Source: an uncultured delta proteobacterium
Lineage (GTDB): Bacteria; Desulfobacterota; Syntrophia; Syntrophales; UBA8958
Direction of reading: 5' to 3'
Assembly: GCA_903885795.1 (NCBI GenBank)
Contig: CAISJV010000029.1
Coordinates: 28,960-92,959 of the forward strand
Length of the DNA: 64,000 nt
The position numbers were made by a program, and so were the translations under genes. The notes under the pieces are model-generated. The model was not told the origin of the DNA and searched no databases. It saw only the letters and a list, made by a program, of their open reading frames with translations. Every line of letters starts with the position of its first letter. Position 1 is the stretch's first letter. This document shows, one piece after another, positions 1 through 10,045 of the stretch.

Positions 1-1118
1 TTACCAAGCCTATTGATCGGAATCGACTGCGAGCCACTCTGGCGAAGGCCATGGAAAAGTATGCCATGGCTAGGGAGATCGGCCAACTACGCAGAGAGTT
101 GGGGCATGCCTATTCATTTGATAAAATCATTGGTAAATCCAAGACCATGACTAAAGTATTCACTCAGATAGAGAAGGTTCTCAACAACAACATCAACATA
201 TTTATCAATGGTGAAAGCGGAACGGGTAAAGAACTTGTGGCCAGGGCCATTCATTATCATGGCGCGCGTAAAGGCGGTCCTTTCGAAGCGGTCAACTGCG
301 GCGCCATCCCTGAAAACCTTCAGGAAAGCGAGTTTTTCGGTCATCAAAAAGGGGCGTTTACCGGGGCAACGCAGTCACAGATAGGTAAAATTGAGATGGC
401 GAAAGGTGGCACTCTCTTTCTGGACGAGGTAGGGGAGATGACGCCGGCCCTGCAGATAAAACTACTCCGTTTTCTTCAAGACAAAACCTTCGAACCCGTC
501 GGGGGGCGAAACAAGATCAAGATCGACGTACGTATTATTTCAGCGACTAACAAAAACCTGGAGAAAGAAGTGGAAAAAGGGAGATTCCGGGAAGACCTCT
601 TTTATCGACTGGTGGTATTCCCGATCACCATTCCACCACTGCGGGAAAGAAAAGAAGATATTCCCGCCATGATCAACCATTTTCTCAGAAAATATGAAAA
701 GGAGACGGGAAAAGAGATCCGCTTGATCGACCATCGGGCAATGGAGGCCATCGTGAATTATGAGTGGCCCGGCAACGTGCGGGAGTTGGAAAATGTGATC
801 TATCGGGCCATGGTCATTTGTGAGGCGGAAAAACTCGACCTCTCCTGCCTCCCTCCGCAATTCACCCAAGTACTTCGCAGAACAAACATGGAATCAGCAG
901 CACCGACCAGAACAAACACAGAAGATCTGCAATCCGTACCCGAAATCCTGTCTATGGAAGAACTGGAGAAAAAGGCCATGCTCCAAGCCCTTGTGGGAAC
1001 CCAAGGCAACCTGACGATGGCGGCAAAGCAATTGGGGATGGGGAGGGCCACTTTTTACAGAAAGATCGACAAATACGCCCTCCATGAACTGAGTCCGTTT
1101 CTTAAGGACAATGAATGA
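1..1118 (+). CDS. Sigma54-dependent NtrC-family response regulator (bEBP), 5' truncated by window edge
   Basis: Reading frame open from the window edge (TKPIDRNRL, end of a receiver domain); GESGTGKE Walker A, GAFTGA, LFLDEV, WPGNVREL, C-terminal Fis-type HTH. Confidence 0.95.
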   Translation, partial: TKPIDRNRLRATLAKAMEKYAMAREIGQLRRELGHAYSFDKIIGKSKTMTKVFTQIEKVLNNNINIFINGESGTGKELVARAIHYHGARKGGPFEAVNCGAIPENLQESEFFGHQKGAFTGATQSQIGKIEMAKGGTLFLDEVGEMTPALQIKLLRFLQDKTFEPVGGRNKIKIDVRIISATNKNLEKEVEKGRFREDLFYRLVVFPITIPPLRERKEDIPAMINHFLRKYEKETGKEIRLIDHRAMEAIVNYEWPGNVRELENVIYRAMVICEAEKLDLSCLPPQFTQVLRRTNMESAAPTRTNTEDLQSVPEILSMEELEKKAMLQALVGTQGNLTMAAKQLGMGRATFYRKIDKYALHELSPFLKDNE

Positions 1119-1220
1119 TGATGACAAACGAGGGTATATTCCGTGCAGACCAGGAATGTGCGGGAACTTGTTTCCAATACCAGCAGCCTTTTATGGAGCA
1201 GGCAGCGTTGAACATAGCAG

Positions 1221-1961
1221 CTATTCAGGATAAGAACGTAGCCTATTTAATGGCCACATAAATAAAAAGCATAAACCAATCAACATGAGGGCCCATTCTC
1301 CCGGTTCAGGCACTGCGGCAATGCCCCCCCCTTCCAGTTTTGAGTAATAACGGACGTTTGCCGCCACACCTGTTCCCGATAGCCAAGCGAGTTCACCATC
1401 TCTCTGCTCAAACGTGAACGTAGTGAAACGCAGGCTGCTGCCAGTAGACGTCAGTGCCGCCATGTCCGTTAACGACGATGACTTGAGATCGGTATTTTGG
1501 TAGGTTGGGTGGGTAAAGTCGGTCCAAGTGATGGTGTGGTCATTGAAGTTGATCAACAGGGCTGTCGCAAAAGCCCCGAAAAAATCCTTCCGAGGGACTC
1601 CACCGTCATTCGCCATTACCGTGCTGGTGCCACCGCCGTTTTTCACTAGGTTATACACGCCCGACGTGCTGGAGTCTACAAGGGTGTAAATACCTGGAAT
1701 GCTTTGATAATTACCCACGATGTTGTCACCGCCAGGACCAGAAATCTGATTGGCTTGGAACGAGATGGTCGGCGTTGTCGTTTTGTACAAGTAGTACTCC
1801 ATGATCCCTGGTCCGTACGTTTTGTTGTCCACCGACCCTGCCTCGTAATAAGAAACCGCAAATGCGCTCCCTGTTGTCATGAACAAGAGGCAGCCCATCA
1901 TGAAAGACAGAATCGTAACAACATTGAACATAAAAGATCCTTTTTTTATAATTTTCAACAT
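1221..1961 (-). CDS. PEP-CTERM sorting-domain surface protein
   Basis: Signal peptide ending SAFA; C-terminal VPEPGEWALMLIGL + hydrophobic stretch + RLR. Start placed at ATG 1961 after AAGGGG. Confidence 0.88.
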   Translation of the reverse strand: MLKIIKKGSFMFNVVTILSFMMGCLLFMTTGSAFAVSYYEAGSVDNKTYGPGIMEYYLYKTTTPTISFQANQISGPGGDNIVGNYQSIPGIYTLVDSSTSGVYNLVKNGGGTSTVMANDGGVPRKDFFGAFATALLINFNDHTITWTDFTHPTYQNTDLKSSSLTDMAALTSTGSSLRFTTFTFEQRDGELAWLSGTGVAANVRYYSKLEGGGIAAVPEPGEWALMLIGLCFLFMWPLNRLRSYPE

Positions 1962-2073
1962 TTTATTCCCCTTTTCGCACCTAAAGACCCCATTTTTTGA
2001 CAGACCAAGATGGACTAAAACCATCATCTAATACGCGGCAAGTATGTCACTTTCTCAATGTCAGTGACCCATT

Positions 2074-2089
2074 TGCATCTTTAGTGCCA
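2074..2089 (-). promoter_or_regulatory. Sigma54 -24/-12 promoter of the PEP-CTERM gene
   Basis: Minus strand TGGCACTAAAGATGCA (GG-N10-GC). Confidence 0.85.
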
Positions 2090-2183
2090 CCGCTTGAAGA
2101 ATGGCTTCATAGCTGACATTATTAAGATTTATGTTACTTAGGAAGCTGTCTAATCAGCACAGTGAGAGGCAACTCGGTATCAG

Positions 2184-2200
2184 CGTCTCGATATGAAACG
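2184..2200. promoter_or_regulatory. Putative bEBP upstream activating site
   Basis: CGTCTCGATATGAAACG; its reverse complement matches 2520-2536 at 16/17 positions; ~95 bp upstream of the sigma54 promoter. Confidence 0.7.
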
Positions 2201-2478
2201 ATGAAGAGATTCATTTAAGGTATGCGCGGGGAGCATCGCTTGTGAGCTACCATATTGTTACATGCGGTTTCATCGCATTGAGGACAAGTGACACCAAATA
2301 TGCCATGCTTTATAGTCCTAACAATCAATATTTAATTTTCCTTTACAACAGTGCGAAAACAGGCACTACGATTGTGTGATCGGCCGTATTCATTTCATAA
2401 AGACCCGTATTTTAGATAACGTAATCATTTCAGTAAAGATCAATGAAATGGGAGCCAGAATCGGAAAAATTTATAAAA

Positions 2479-2536
2479 CGTCTCACTTCAGTACGGTCTA
2501 TGTAGTTAAATCGCTTTCCCGTTTCATATAGAGACG
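2479..2536. promoter_or_regulatory. Pair of putative bEBP upstream activating sites
   Basis: CGTCTCACTTCAGTACG (2479-2495) and CGTTTCATATAGAGACG (2520-2536), starts 41 bp apart, ~100 bp upstream of the promoter at 2633. Confidence 0.65.
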
Positions 2537-2632
2537 CATATAATGATCGTCCTTTCTCCATCATCAGATAGATAGTTCTCCAAGTGTTTAAAATAATGCT
2601 GTTATACAACAACAACGGCATTCTGTTATGAT

Positions 2633-2648
2633 TGGCACTGATGATGCA
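2633..2648 (+). promoter_or_regulatory. Sigma54 -24/-12 promoter of the EPS operon
   Basis: TGGCACTGATGATGCA (GG-N10-GC). Confidence 0.85.
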
Positions 2649-2713
2649 AATGTGTCCAGTGGCAGCGTGGAGCAAAGTTCGCACACCAAGAATATTTATG
2701 AGGAGTGATTTAC

Positions 2714-4462
2714 ATGCTATCGTTACCTTTCATTACCGTTGTCATGCCGGTAAAGAACGAGGAAAATCATATCACCTCAACGTTGAAGAGTCTATTGAGC
2801 CAGGATTATCCTCAAGAGAGGTTCGAGGTCATTGTGGCAGATGGTATGTCGGATGATCGCACCCGAGAAATTGTAACTGACTTCAGCAAAAGGTATTCGA
2901 ACGTTCTTCTCCTTGATAACCCGAAGCGACTCTCAAGCGCAGGAAGAAATATCGGTTTTCGGAAGGGGAAAGGCGACATTTTCATGGTGGTCGACGGTCA
3001 TTGCCATATTCCCACCACTCGGCTTCTTCATAACGTTGCCGCCTGTTTTGAGAAGAGTGAGGCCGAGTGTCTCGGCAGATCCCAACCACTGAACCCTCCG
3101 GGCATCAACCAATTTCAGCAGGCTGTGGCCTTGGCCAGGGCTTCCTGGTTTGGCCATGGCGGAAATTCGCTTATCTTTTCGGATGAGGAGGGATATGCCA
3201 GCCCGGTTAGCCATGGGGCTATTTACCGGAGAGAGGTCTTTGAAAAGGTGGGCTATGTAGATGAGTCCTTTGACGCCTGTGAGGATGTGGAATTCAATTT
3301 CAGGGTGGAAAAAGCTGGAATCAAAGCCTATACGAGTCCTTCCCTTACCATTAAGTATTATCCACGGGAAACACTGAAGGCCCTTTTCCAGCAGATGAAA
3401 AGATACGGGAGAGGGAGATTCCGCCTGATTAAAAAGCATCGGAGCGCCTTGAGCATCAACACCATCATTCCCGCCGTCTTCACGGGTGGTTTGATCCTGG
3501 GGCCGATTCTGAGCCTGCTCGCCCCTTTTTTCTGTTTGATTTTCGGAATCCTGTACAGCCTTTATTTTTTAATCTCTCTCATCACATCTATTGGAATCGC
3601 TTACAGGCATGGTTTCAAATATTTAGGACATCTGATTCCTGTTTTCTTTACCATTCACGCCGGTCTCGGCTGGGGCTTCTTAACAGGTCGGTCTGCTATT
3701 GTCGGCAGTAAGCTTAATAAAAGCTCTGTAGCTATGGCCGATACGCGAAATTTCCACCGAGAAAAGGAGACTGTAATTCCCCGCGAAGTGCCCTCTTTAG
3801 TGCATGATTTGGAAGGGGAAAGAAACTTCCATATGATGACGCCATACATGTCTGTGGAGATACAACGTATCCGGGAGGTGATCCTTAATTCAGGCCCAAA
3901 CAAGAAAACCAAGACAATCATGGTGACCGGAGCCCATGCAGGAGCAGGAACCACGACGCTAATTTTGCGACTGGTCGTCAATATCGCCCTTCTCAAAAAG
4001 ATGAAGATCTTGCTGGTGGACATGAACATGCATCACCCCGGCCTTCATCGTGCCTTTGGTCTGGAGCCCGAAGAAGGATTCATTGATGTCATGAATAACA
4101 GGATCAGTTGGCAGGATGCCTGCAAAGAAACGAGTCTCCCACAGTTAAAGATCATGACCGTCGGTCGGCAACAAGAGGAACAATCAAGCTTTCAAGGAAG
4201 AGCGGAACAGGAAGAGCTGCTGCTGAAATTGCAAGAAGAGTTCGACTTGATCATTTTTGACACCTCGCCAGTGAGCAGACATAACAGAAATAACGTTGAT
4301 CCCGTAATTTTAAGCCGTATCGCGGATATGGTAGTGATGGTGGTCCGGGAGAAAATGAGCTCAAAGAATCAGCTTAAAAGGGCAATCGCGGATATGGTCG
4401 ATAACGGAGGAAAAGTGAGCGGAATTGTATTCAACAGACATCCTTTATCGGCCATGTCATAG
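2714..4462 (+). CDS. GT2 glycosyltransferase (ExoA-like) fused to a CpsD/CapB-type tyrosine-kinase-like domain
   Basis: VVMPVKNEE, DGMSDD, VDGH, CEDVEF, then TM helices; C-terminal IMVTGAHAGAGTTT, LLVDMNMHHP, FDLIIFDTSP, GIVFN. AGGAG upstream of ATG 2714. Confidence 0.88.
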   Translation: MLSLPFITVVMPVKNEENHITSTLKSLLSQDYPQERFEVIVADGMSDDRTREIVTDFSKRYSNVLLLDNPKRLSSAGRNIGFRKGKGDIFMVVDGHCHIPTTRLLHNVAACFEKSEAECLGRSQPLNPPGINQFQQAVALARASWFGHGGNSLIFSDEEGYASPVSHGAIYRREVFEKVGYVDESFDACEDVEFNFRVEKAGIKAYTSPSLTIKYYPRETLKALFQQMKRYGRGRFRLIKKHRSALSINTIIPAVFTGGLILGPILSLLAPFFCLIFGILYSLYFLISLITSIGIAYRHGFKYLGHLIPVFFTIHAGLGWGFLTGRSAIVGSKLNKSSVAMADTRNFHREKETVIPREVPSLVHDLEGERNFHMMTPYMSVEIQRIREVILNSGPNKKTKTIMVTGAHAGAGTTTLILRLVVNIALLKKMKILLVDMNMHHPGLHRAFGLEPEEGFIDVMNNRISWQDACKETSLPQLKIMTVGRQQEEQSSFQGRAEQEELLLKLQEEFDLIIFDTSPVSRHNRNNVDPVILSRIADMVVMVVREKMSSKNQLKRAIADMVDNGGKVSGIVFNRHPLSAMS

Positions 4463-4473
4463 AAAGAAAAAAC

Positions 4474-5607
4474 ATGAAAAATGGCAGACCAAAAAAACCA
4501 GAGATAGATTTAGCCACACTCGCATCCAGCTACCTAGCACCCCTTCGGGAAAGAAAAGCATTGATTATAACTATAGTATTTTTTTCTTTTTCCATCGCGT
4601 TTTCCCTGAGCATGTTTGCGAGTCATGAGTATGTCAGCAGGGCCACGGTCACTGTGGAAGAGCCAAAGTACAATATTCAGTCCAAAAAAGAAGAATCCAT
4701 GGTTGCCAAGCAGGCCGCTGATGAATATGTCTTGGCCCAGGTGGAAAAGCTCAAAAGCCGCACCTTTGCAGATAAAGTCCTTAAAGTACTTCCTGAGCAG
4801 GCGGTAAATGACTTGAGTGCCCACAGTGACCTGGTCTCGCAAATTATAACTGGCGTTGTGCAATCGCTACGGGCATGGTCAGGAGAGGAATTGTTTCAGC
4901 AGATAAAATACTTGTTACGGAAAAAAACTGATCCTCAATCCACTTCCACGGAAAGAGAGCAGCTCCTGAGAAATCTTATGGAGAAGGTTTCTGTCAGCAG
5001 CAAGTCGAAAGTGGGAGTGGTCCAGATCACGGCGAAGTCAGTGAACAAAGAGTGCGCCGTCATTCTGGCTACAAAATTTATGGAAGTCTGGTTCGCGGAA
5101 AACCTTGAAGAAAACAGAAAGGATGTGAGGGCGGCTAAAGACTTTACGGAAGGATTGAAGAGCAAGGCTAGACAGGAATTTCTCGACGCTGAGGCAAAGT
5201 TGATCGCCTATAAGCAGAAGTATGATATTCCCGGTGATCCCCGGGTCATCCTAGACGGCGTCACCCAGACCGAGCTGGACAGTCTTCGTTCAGGCATGGA
5301 AATGGCCAAAGAGCACTTTCAGGTCATGGATCGGATCAGTGTGGAAACAGGCGTGAAAGAGGCATCTGTTATGAATAACATCAGAATGATCGATGCAGCC
5401 AGCCTTCCCGTTTCTCCTCTGGAAAATGTCAGGAACCGCATCAGAATGATAGGTCTTTTTGGAGGACTTTTAGTGGGTGTAGGACTGGTTTTGCTCCATG
5501 AATTGATCGCGGGACCGATCCGGAACGAAATGGACATCTTGAAGACCGTCCAGACTCCGATCATTGGCTCGCTGCCGAAAGACATGTATCCTGCTCCACG
5601 GAGGTAA
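4474..5607 (+). CDS. Wzz/GumC-family polysaccharide chain-length determinant
   Basis: N-terminal TM, coiled-coil periplasmic region, IDAASLPVSP, Gly-rich C-terminal TM, PIIGSLP. Confidence 0.85.
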   Translation: MKNGRPKKPEIDLATLASSYLAPLRERKALIITIVFFSFSIAFSLSMFASHEYVSRATVTVEEPKYNIQSKKEESMVAKQAADEYVLAQVEKLKSRTFADKVLKVLPEQAVNDLSAHSDLVSQIITGVVQSLRAWSGEELFQQIKYLLRKKTDPQSTSTEREQLLRNLMEKVSVSSKSKVGVVQITAKSVNKECAVILATKFMEVWFAENLEENRKDVRAAKDFTEGLKSKARQEFLDAEAKLIAYKQKYDIPGDPRVILDGVTQTELDSLRSGMEMAKEHFQVMDRISVETGVKEASVMNNIRMIDAASLPVSPLENVRNRIRMIGLFGGLLVGVGLVLLHELIAGPIRNEMDILKTVQTPIIGSLPKDMYPAPRR

Positions 5608-5688
5608 GATAAGCATGAATCAACAGTTAATGGTCATGTTGCCGTTCAGCGCCTTGAATAATCACTGGATATTCCGCCAGGAGTCAAG

Positions 5689-6753
5689 TTGAATAATTTA
5701 CAAACACAATATGCCGAATGCCCCGGCAAACTGGCCCGCTTCCTTATCTGGGTGTCCTGGGGCTATCCATTTCTTGTTGTGGTTGTATGGATGCTTGCCG
5801 CCCTGTGGGGGGACTCCTGGTGGCCGGCTACATTGATATTGTACGCCCCCCGCTGGTTTGCACTGATGCCACTGGTTATACTACTACCGGTAGCTGTTAT
5901 CAGCAACCGGTTGTTGTTGATCCCGCTTCTGGCTGGAGGGCTGATTGTTGCCGGTCCGTTCATGGGTTTTCGCTTTCCGTCCCATAAAACAACGACAGCT
6001 GCCCCCATTGTCCGGGTTTTGACATGTAATGTCGATATGGGAAGATTCAATCGGCAGGCCCTGATCGATCTTCTTCGCAAAACCGACGCCGATATCGTCG
6101 CCCTGCAGGAGTGTCCCCGGGATCTCGGGGTGAGCCTCCCCGAGGGTTGGCAGAGCATGCGAGAAGGGGAATTGATGATCTGGTCGCGTTACCCCCTGCA
6201 TCGGGGAAAAATATTGCAGGCATTACATCCTCCGCATGTTTGGCCACGTGCCTGCCTGCTTACCTGTACTGTTCAGACGCCACAGGGGGCGCTGACCTTT
6301 TGTACGGTCCATCTGCCGAGTCCGCGGTACGGACTCACGGCGGTGCTAGACCGGAAAACGATTCTAAACCTTTCCCGCAGCGGCCTACTGGAGCAGGAGA
6401 CCTGGCACAGGCAACGGACTGCTCGCGAAGTAGTCCGGGAAATAACTACCCTCCCCGGCCCACTGGTTATTGCCGGTGACTTCAATATGCCCGCTGACAG
6501 CCCCTTGTATCGGAAAGCGTGGGGTGGTTATGGAAACGCTTTCTCACAAGCGGGATTCGGTTATGGATGGACCCAACGAGCGGGACATAGGAGCATACCA
6601 ATCAGATTGCGAATCGATCACGTTCTTGTCGGTCCCGGGCTCGGCATCGAACTTTCCGAGGTTGGTTCTGATATTGGCTCGGATCATTTGCCGCTGATTA
6701 CCCACATCAACAAGGCGGCCGTAAAGCAACAGACGTCTTGGTGGAACTGGTAA
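5689..6753 (+). CDS. Membrane-anchored endonuclease/exonuclease/phosphatase (EEP) family protein
   Basis: RVLTCNV, DIVALQE, AGDFN, RIDHVL, GSDHLP after three N-terminal TM segments. Confidence 0.9.
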   Translation: MNNLQTQYAECPGKLARFLIWVSWGYPFLVVVVWMLAALWGDSWWPATLILYAPRWFALMPLVILLPVAVISNRLLLIPLLAGGLIVAGPFMGFRFPSHKTTTAAPIVRVLTCNVDMGRFNRQALIDLLRKTDADIVALQECPRDLGVSLPEGWQSMREGELMIWSRYPLHRGKILQALHPPHVWPRACLLTCTVQTPQGALTFCTVHLPSPRYGLTAVLDRKTILNLSRSGLLEQETWHRQRTAREVVREITTLPGPLVIAGDFNMPADSPLYRKAWGGYGNAFSQAGFGYGWTQRAGHRSIPIRLRIDHVLVGPGLGIELSEVGSDIGSDHLPLITHINKAAVKQQTSWWNW

Positions 6754-6798
6754 TTCCAAAACCACATAAAAGAGCCATATTCGTTGGCTTGCGCGCGG

Positions 6799-6855
6799 CA
6801 TCTCAATCTGAGACACTGCTGTCGTTGCCGCCTTCAAGTGTCTCAGATTGAAGCG
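6799..6855. promoter_or_regulatory. Pair of putative bEBP upstream activating sites
   Basis: CATCTCAATCTGAGACA (6799-6815) and TGTCTCAGATTGAAGCG (6839-6855), starts 40 bp apart; same GTCTCA..TGARAC-type palindrome as at 2184-2536. Confidence 0.65.
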
Positions 6856-6939
6856 ATTTCAAAAATAATCACGCCCACCACTGATTGCCAACACTCCCAA
6901 TTTTATTGATAAATTTACAATCACTCTCCTTCTGATCAT

Positions 6940-6955
6940 TGGCATGAATTTCGCT
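6940..6955 (+). promoter_or_regulatory. Sigma54 -24/-12 promoter of the export genes
   Basis: TGGCATGAATTTCGCT (GG-N10-GC). Confidence 0.75.
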
Positions 6956-6962
6956 GTCAGCC

Positions 6963-8657
6963 ATGGAAAGATTAATCGGAGATAAGGCCATGAATATTTA
7001 TTCGAGATCCTTCTCAAAATTGTTGCTATTTGTTTTCCTCGTCACGGTTGTGTTCAGCACAGCTCATCCTTTACAAGCTGTAGCGGAACAGTGGGATAAA
7101 CAAGTTCTCGTATCTGCCGGCGACACTCTGGAAATAGCCATTACTGGACAGGCCGAGATGATCGAAAAATTCGAGGTCGGTCCGGAGGGGGACATCTACA
7201 TGGTGATGATTGGGAAGATTCACGTGGAAGGGATGGACATACCCAGGCTGACAGAGGAAATGAAAAAGAGACTGAAGAAATACCTGGAGAAGGAGTCAGA
7301 GATAACTGTTCATATACTTGCCCGCAATCGGTTTGTAAATATTCAGGGCGGTGTGCGCTATCCTGGCTGGTATCGGGCGCCCCACGCAACGAACCTTGAT
7401 TATCTGATCGAGACGGCAGGGGGGCTTTTACCCGGCGTCGATCGTTCCATGATCATTCTCAAAAGAAAAAAAGGTGACGTTTTTCAGGAAGTCGAAGTAC
7501 GGGGGCAGGTGCAGCTGATGTCCGGTGATACCCTTTCCATTCACAAGACTAAAGCGTCCATCAATAAGATTGACAGCGGTGATGCCCTTTTTATCCGTCT
7601 GCCGAATAACCAGGATCCGACTAAAGAGCCTTTGCGTAACGACACGGTGGTTGACAAAAGTGGTTTCATCACCGTCCCGGGGGTTGTTCATTTTTATGTA
7701 CAAGGATTAACGACGGCCGACGCCAGTCGGGAGATAGAAAAAAGACTACCACCTTACCAGACGCGTTCTTCAAGAGTGGAGGTAAGCATTTTAGAGAAGC
7801 GGCACTACGTGCGGGTGATGGGTCACATTGAACGCCCGGGATGGTACAATGTACCAAGAACAGCTACAGTTCAGGAGATCCTTAGTCTGGCAGGTGGCGT
7901 GATTGACGGCGCGGTAATGAGCGATGTAACCATCGAACGCCGGAGCCATGCGGGCCGCCTCCAGATAAAAGTTGATCTCTACCAGTATGGTATAAACGGT
8001 GATACCAGAATCCTAGTCCCCCTACATGCAAACGATACCATTTTTGTGCCCATTCCTCCCAGTTTGGGAAACATCAGGAGAAAACTCCACCCCTGGATGC
8101 CTCCAGATGAGAAGCTGGAAAAGGATACGAAGAAAAAAATCACGATCTTTGGTGCAGTAAAAAACCCCGGCGTGTACGAACCCAGCGAGGATATGAATCT
8201 CCTGGATATTCTGGTGCGTGCAGGTGGAGAGAAGGAGGGGGCAGAGCTGACCAACGTCACACTGACCCGAAATAACAGACAAGAAAAAGTCAATCTTATC
8301 GGACTCCTCAATGGCAGCAAGGAAAGTTCCATTACCATCCCGAAGGTTTACAGCGGCGATACCGTTTACGTCGCATTTGTAGAGAAGGCATGGGAAAAAA
8401 GGAAGGACGTGGTTTATGTTATCGGGCAGGTGAAGAAACCGGGGGTGTATGAGCTTGCTGAAAACATGGGCGTCCTACAGGCTATCGCCCTGGCCGGGGG
8501 ACTCGATGAATGGGCGGATGGGAACGATATCCGGATCATCAGGAAGACAAAAGGAAATGAGGAACACATCCTTTTCAACTACAAAAAAGCGGTTTCAAAA
8601 AAAGCTGATCCCCTTGCCTCGATTTTGAAATCCGATGATACCATTTTTGTACCGTGA
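6963..8657 (+). CDS. Polysaccharide export protein (Wza-like, repeated Poly_export/SLBB domains)
   Basis: Signal peptide; repeated GxVxxPGxY..AGG..DTIFVP SLBB units. True start may be ATG 6990. Confidence 0.9.
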   Translation: MERLIGDKAMNIYSRSFSKLLLFVFLVTVVFSTAHPLQAVAEQWDKQVLVSAGDTLEIAITGQAEMIEKFEVGPEGDIYMVMIGKIHVEGMDIPRLTEEMKKRLKKYLEKESEITVHILARNRFVNIQGGVRYPGWYRAPHATNLDYLIETAGGLLPGVDRSMIILKRKKGDVFQEVEVRGQVQLMSGDTLSIHKTKASINKIDSGDALFIRLPNNQDPTKEPLRNDTVVDKSGFITVPGVVHFYVQGLTTADASREIEKRLPPYQTRSSRVEVSILEKRHYVRVMGHIERPGWYNVPRTATVQEILSLAGGVIDGAVMSDVTIERRSHAGRLQIKVDLYQYGINGDTRILVPLHANDTIFVPIPPSLGNIRRKLHPWMPPDEKLEKDTKKKITIFGAVKNPGVYEPSEDMNLLDILVRAGGEKEGAELTNVTLTRNNRQEKVNLIGLLNGSKESSITIPKVYSGDTVYVAFVEKAWEKRKDVVYVIGQVKKPGVYELAENMGVLQAIALAGGLDEWADGNDIRIIRKTKGNEEHILFNYKKAVSKKADPLASILKSDDTIFVP

Positions 8658-9931
8658 AAAAACGGTCAGACATCATCACGGTTATGATCTTTATGATACT
8701 GTGCATGCCTGCTTCCGTCCTCGGTGCAGGTGTCGCTGGGGAATCTTATTTCCATCCCTACCTCATCGGTCAGGAGGAATACAATGACAACATCAATCTT
8801 ACACCGACAAATAAAAGCGCCGATTACATTACTACCGTGGGTCCTGGATTAAGCTTTAATAAAGCTGATGCGATGTCTGGCATGGATCTTGACTATAAGC
8901 TTGGCTTCGTCTACTACAATAAAGATACAGATAAAAACTATCTTCGCCAAAACGGATCATTAAATGCCAAGTATCTAACCAAAGGACATGTGAACTTTTA
9001 TCTTAAGGATTTATTTATTCAATCCGATGAACCGAGGGAACTGGAACCGCTTACCACTCAGGCGGAAAACAAGTACGTCCTCTCCATTGCGCCGGAAAGG
9101 GCTGTTTACTGGCGGAATATTGTGGAGCCGACAATTGAATATAAATTCGGTCCGGAAAATCGTGTGCGGCTAATTTATAGAAATAACATCTACAGAACGA
9201 CTAGGACCGACGGCCAGGACAGTCAGGAGAATTACTTGAACTCCCTTTTTGATTATTGGTATGATAAAAGAAACGGTGTTCACCTTGAATATGGCTATAC
9301 GCTCGGTAATTTTGAGCAATCCCCCAACATGAATGCTCAAAAGGCCAATGTTCGCTACTCGCACCGCTTCAACCAAAAATCGGGAATGTTCGGAGAATAT
9401 ACATATTCAAAGCGAAGCTTTGGGCCCTCATCCAGCGGTTACGACATACATGAGCCGTCGGTGGGTATGACCCATGCGTTCAGCCCCACCCTCAATACCT
9501 CGGCTCAGATAGGATATTTCGGGAAAAATCCGACAAGCGGTACGGGTACGGACGGTTTGAGTTATAAGGCCAGCATTACGCAACTTGATGACCTGCGGAC
9601 GACCTATATATTGACCCTCCAGGGCGGCTTCACGGAGGATTATTTTACTTCCGAAAACCTTGGTTTTAAACTGTATCACCGGTTAACAGGCTCCTGGAAG
9701 CACTTCTTGGCAAAGAGAACGTCCATCGGTTTCTCTGGCAGCGTGGAACGGGTGGAATTTGACCAGGGAAGAAAGGACTGGATGCAGGGCGTTACCGGCA
9801 CCCTGGCACATCAGCCTCTGAAATGGCTTACTGTGGCCTTGGAGTGTTCGCACCGGGTCAGATCCTCCAATATCGACAGCTATGATTACACCGAGAACAG
9901 GGCAATGATTAAAATAACAGCAACATATTGA
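8654..9931 (+). CDS. EPS-associated outer-membrane beta-barrel protein
   Basis: Signal peptide, EEYNDNI motif, alternating beta-strand pattern, terminal ENRAMIKITATY. Confidence 0.8.
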   Translation: MKKRSDIITVMIFMILCMPASVLGAGVAGESYFHPYLIGQEEYNDNINLTPTNKSADYITTVGPGLSFNKADAMSGMDLDYKLGFVYYNKDTDKNYLRQNGSLNAKYLTKGHVNFYLKDLFIQSDEPRELEPLTTQAENKYVLSIAPERAVYWRNIVEPTIEYKFGPENRVRLIYRNNIYRTTRTDGQDSQENYLNSLFDYWYDKRNGVHLEYGYTLGNFEQSPNMNAQKANVRYSHRFNQKSGMFGEYTYSKRSFGPSSSGYDIHEPSVGMTHAFSPTLNTSAQIGYFGKNPTSGTGTDGLSYKASITQLDDLRTTYILTLQGGFTEDYFTSENLGFKLYHRLTGSWKHFLAKRTSIGFSGSVERVEFDQGRKDWMQGVTGTLAHQPLKWLTVALECSHRVRSSNIDSYDYTENRAMIKITATY

Positions 9932-10045
9932 AAGAACAAACGAAAGCGTTATGACTATGCACTCTAAGCAACCCATTTTTATTTCGACAATTGGAAGATC
10001 TTTAGTTCCAATTAAGGCAATGGAGGCGGGTAATGGAGGTGGAAA

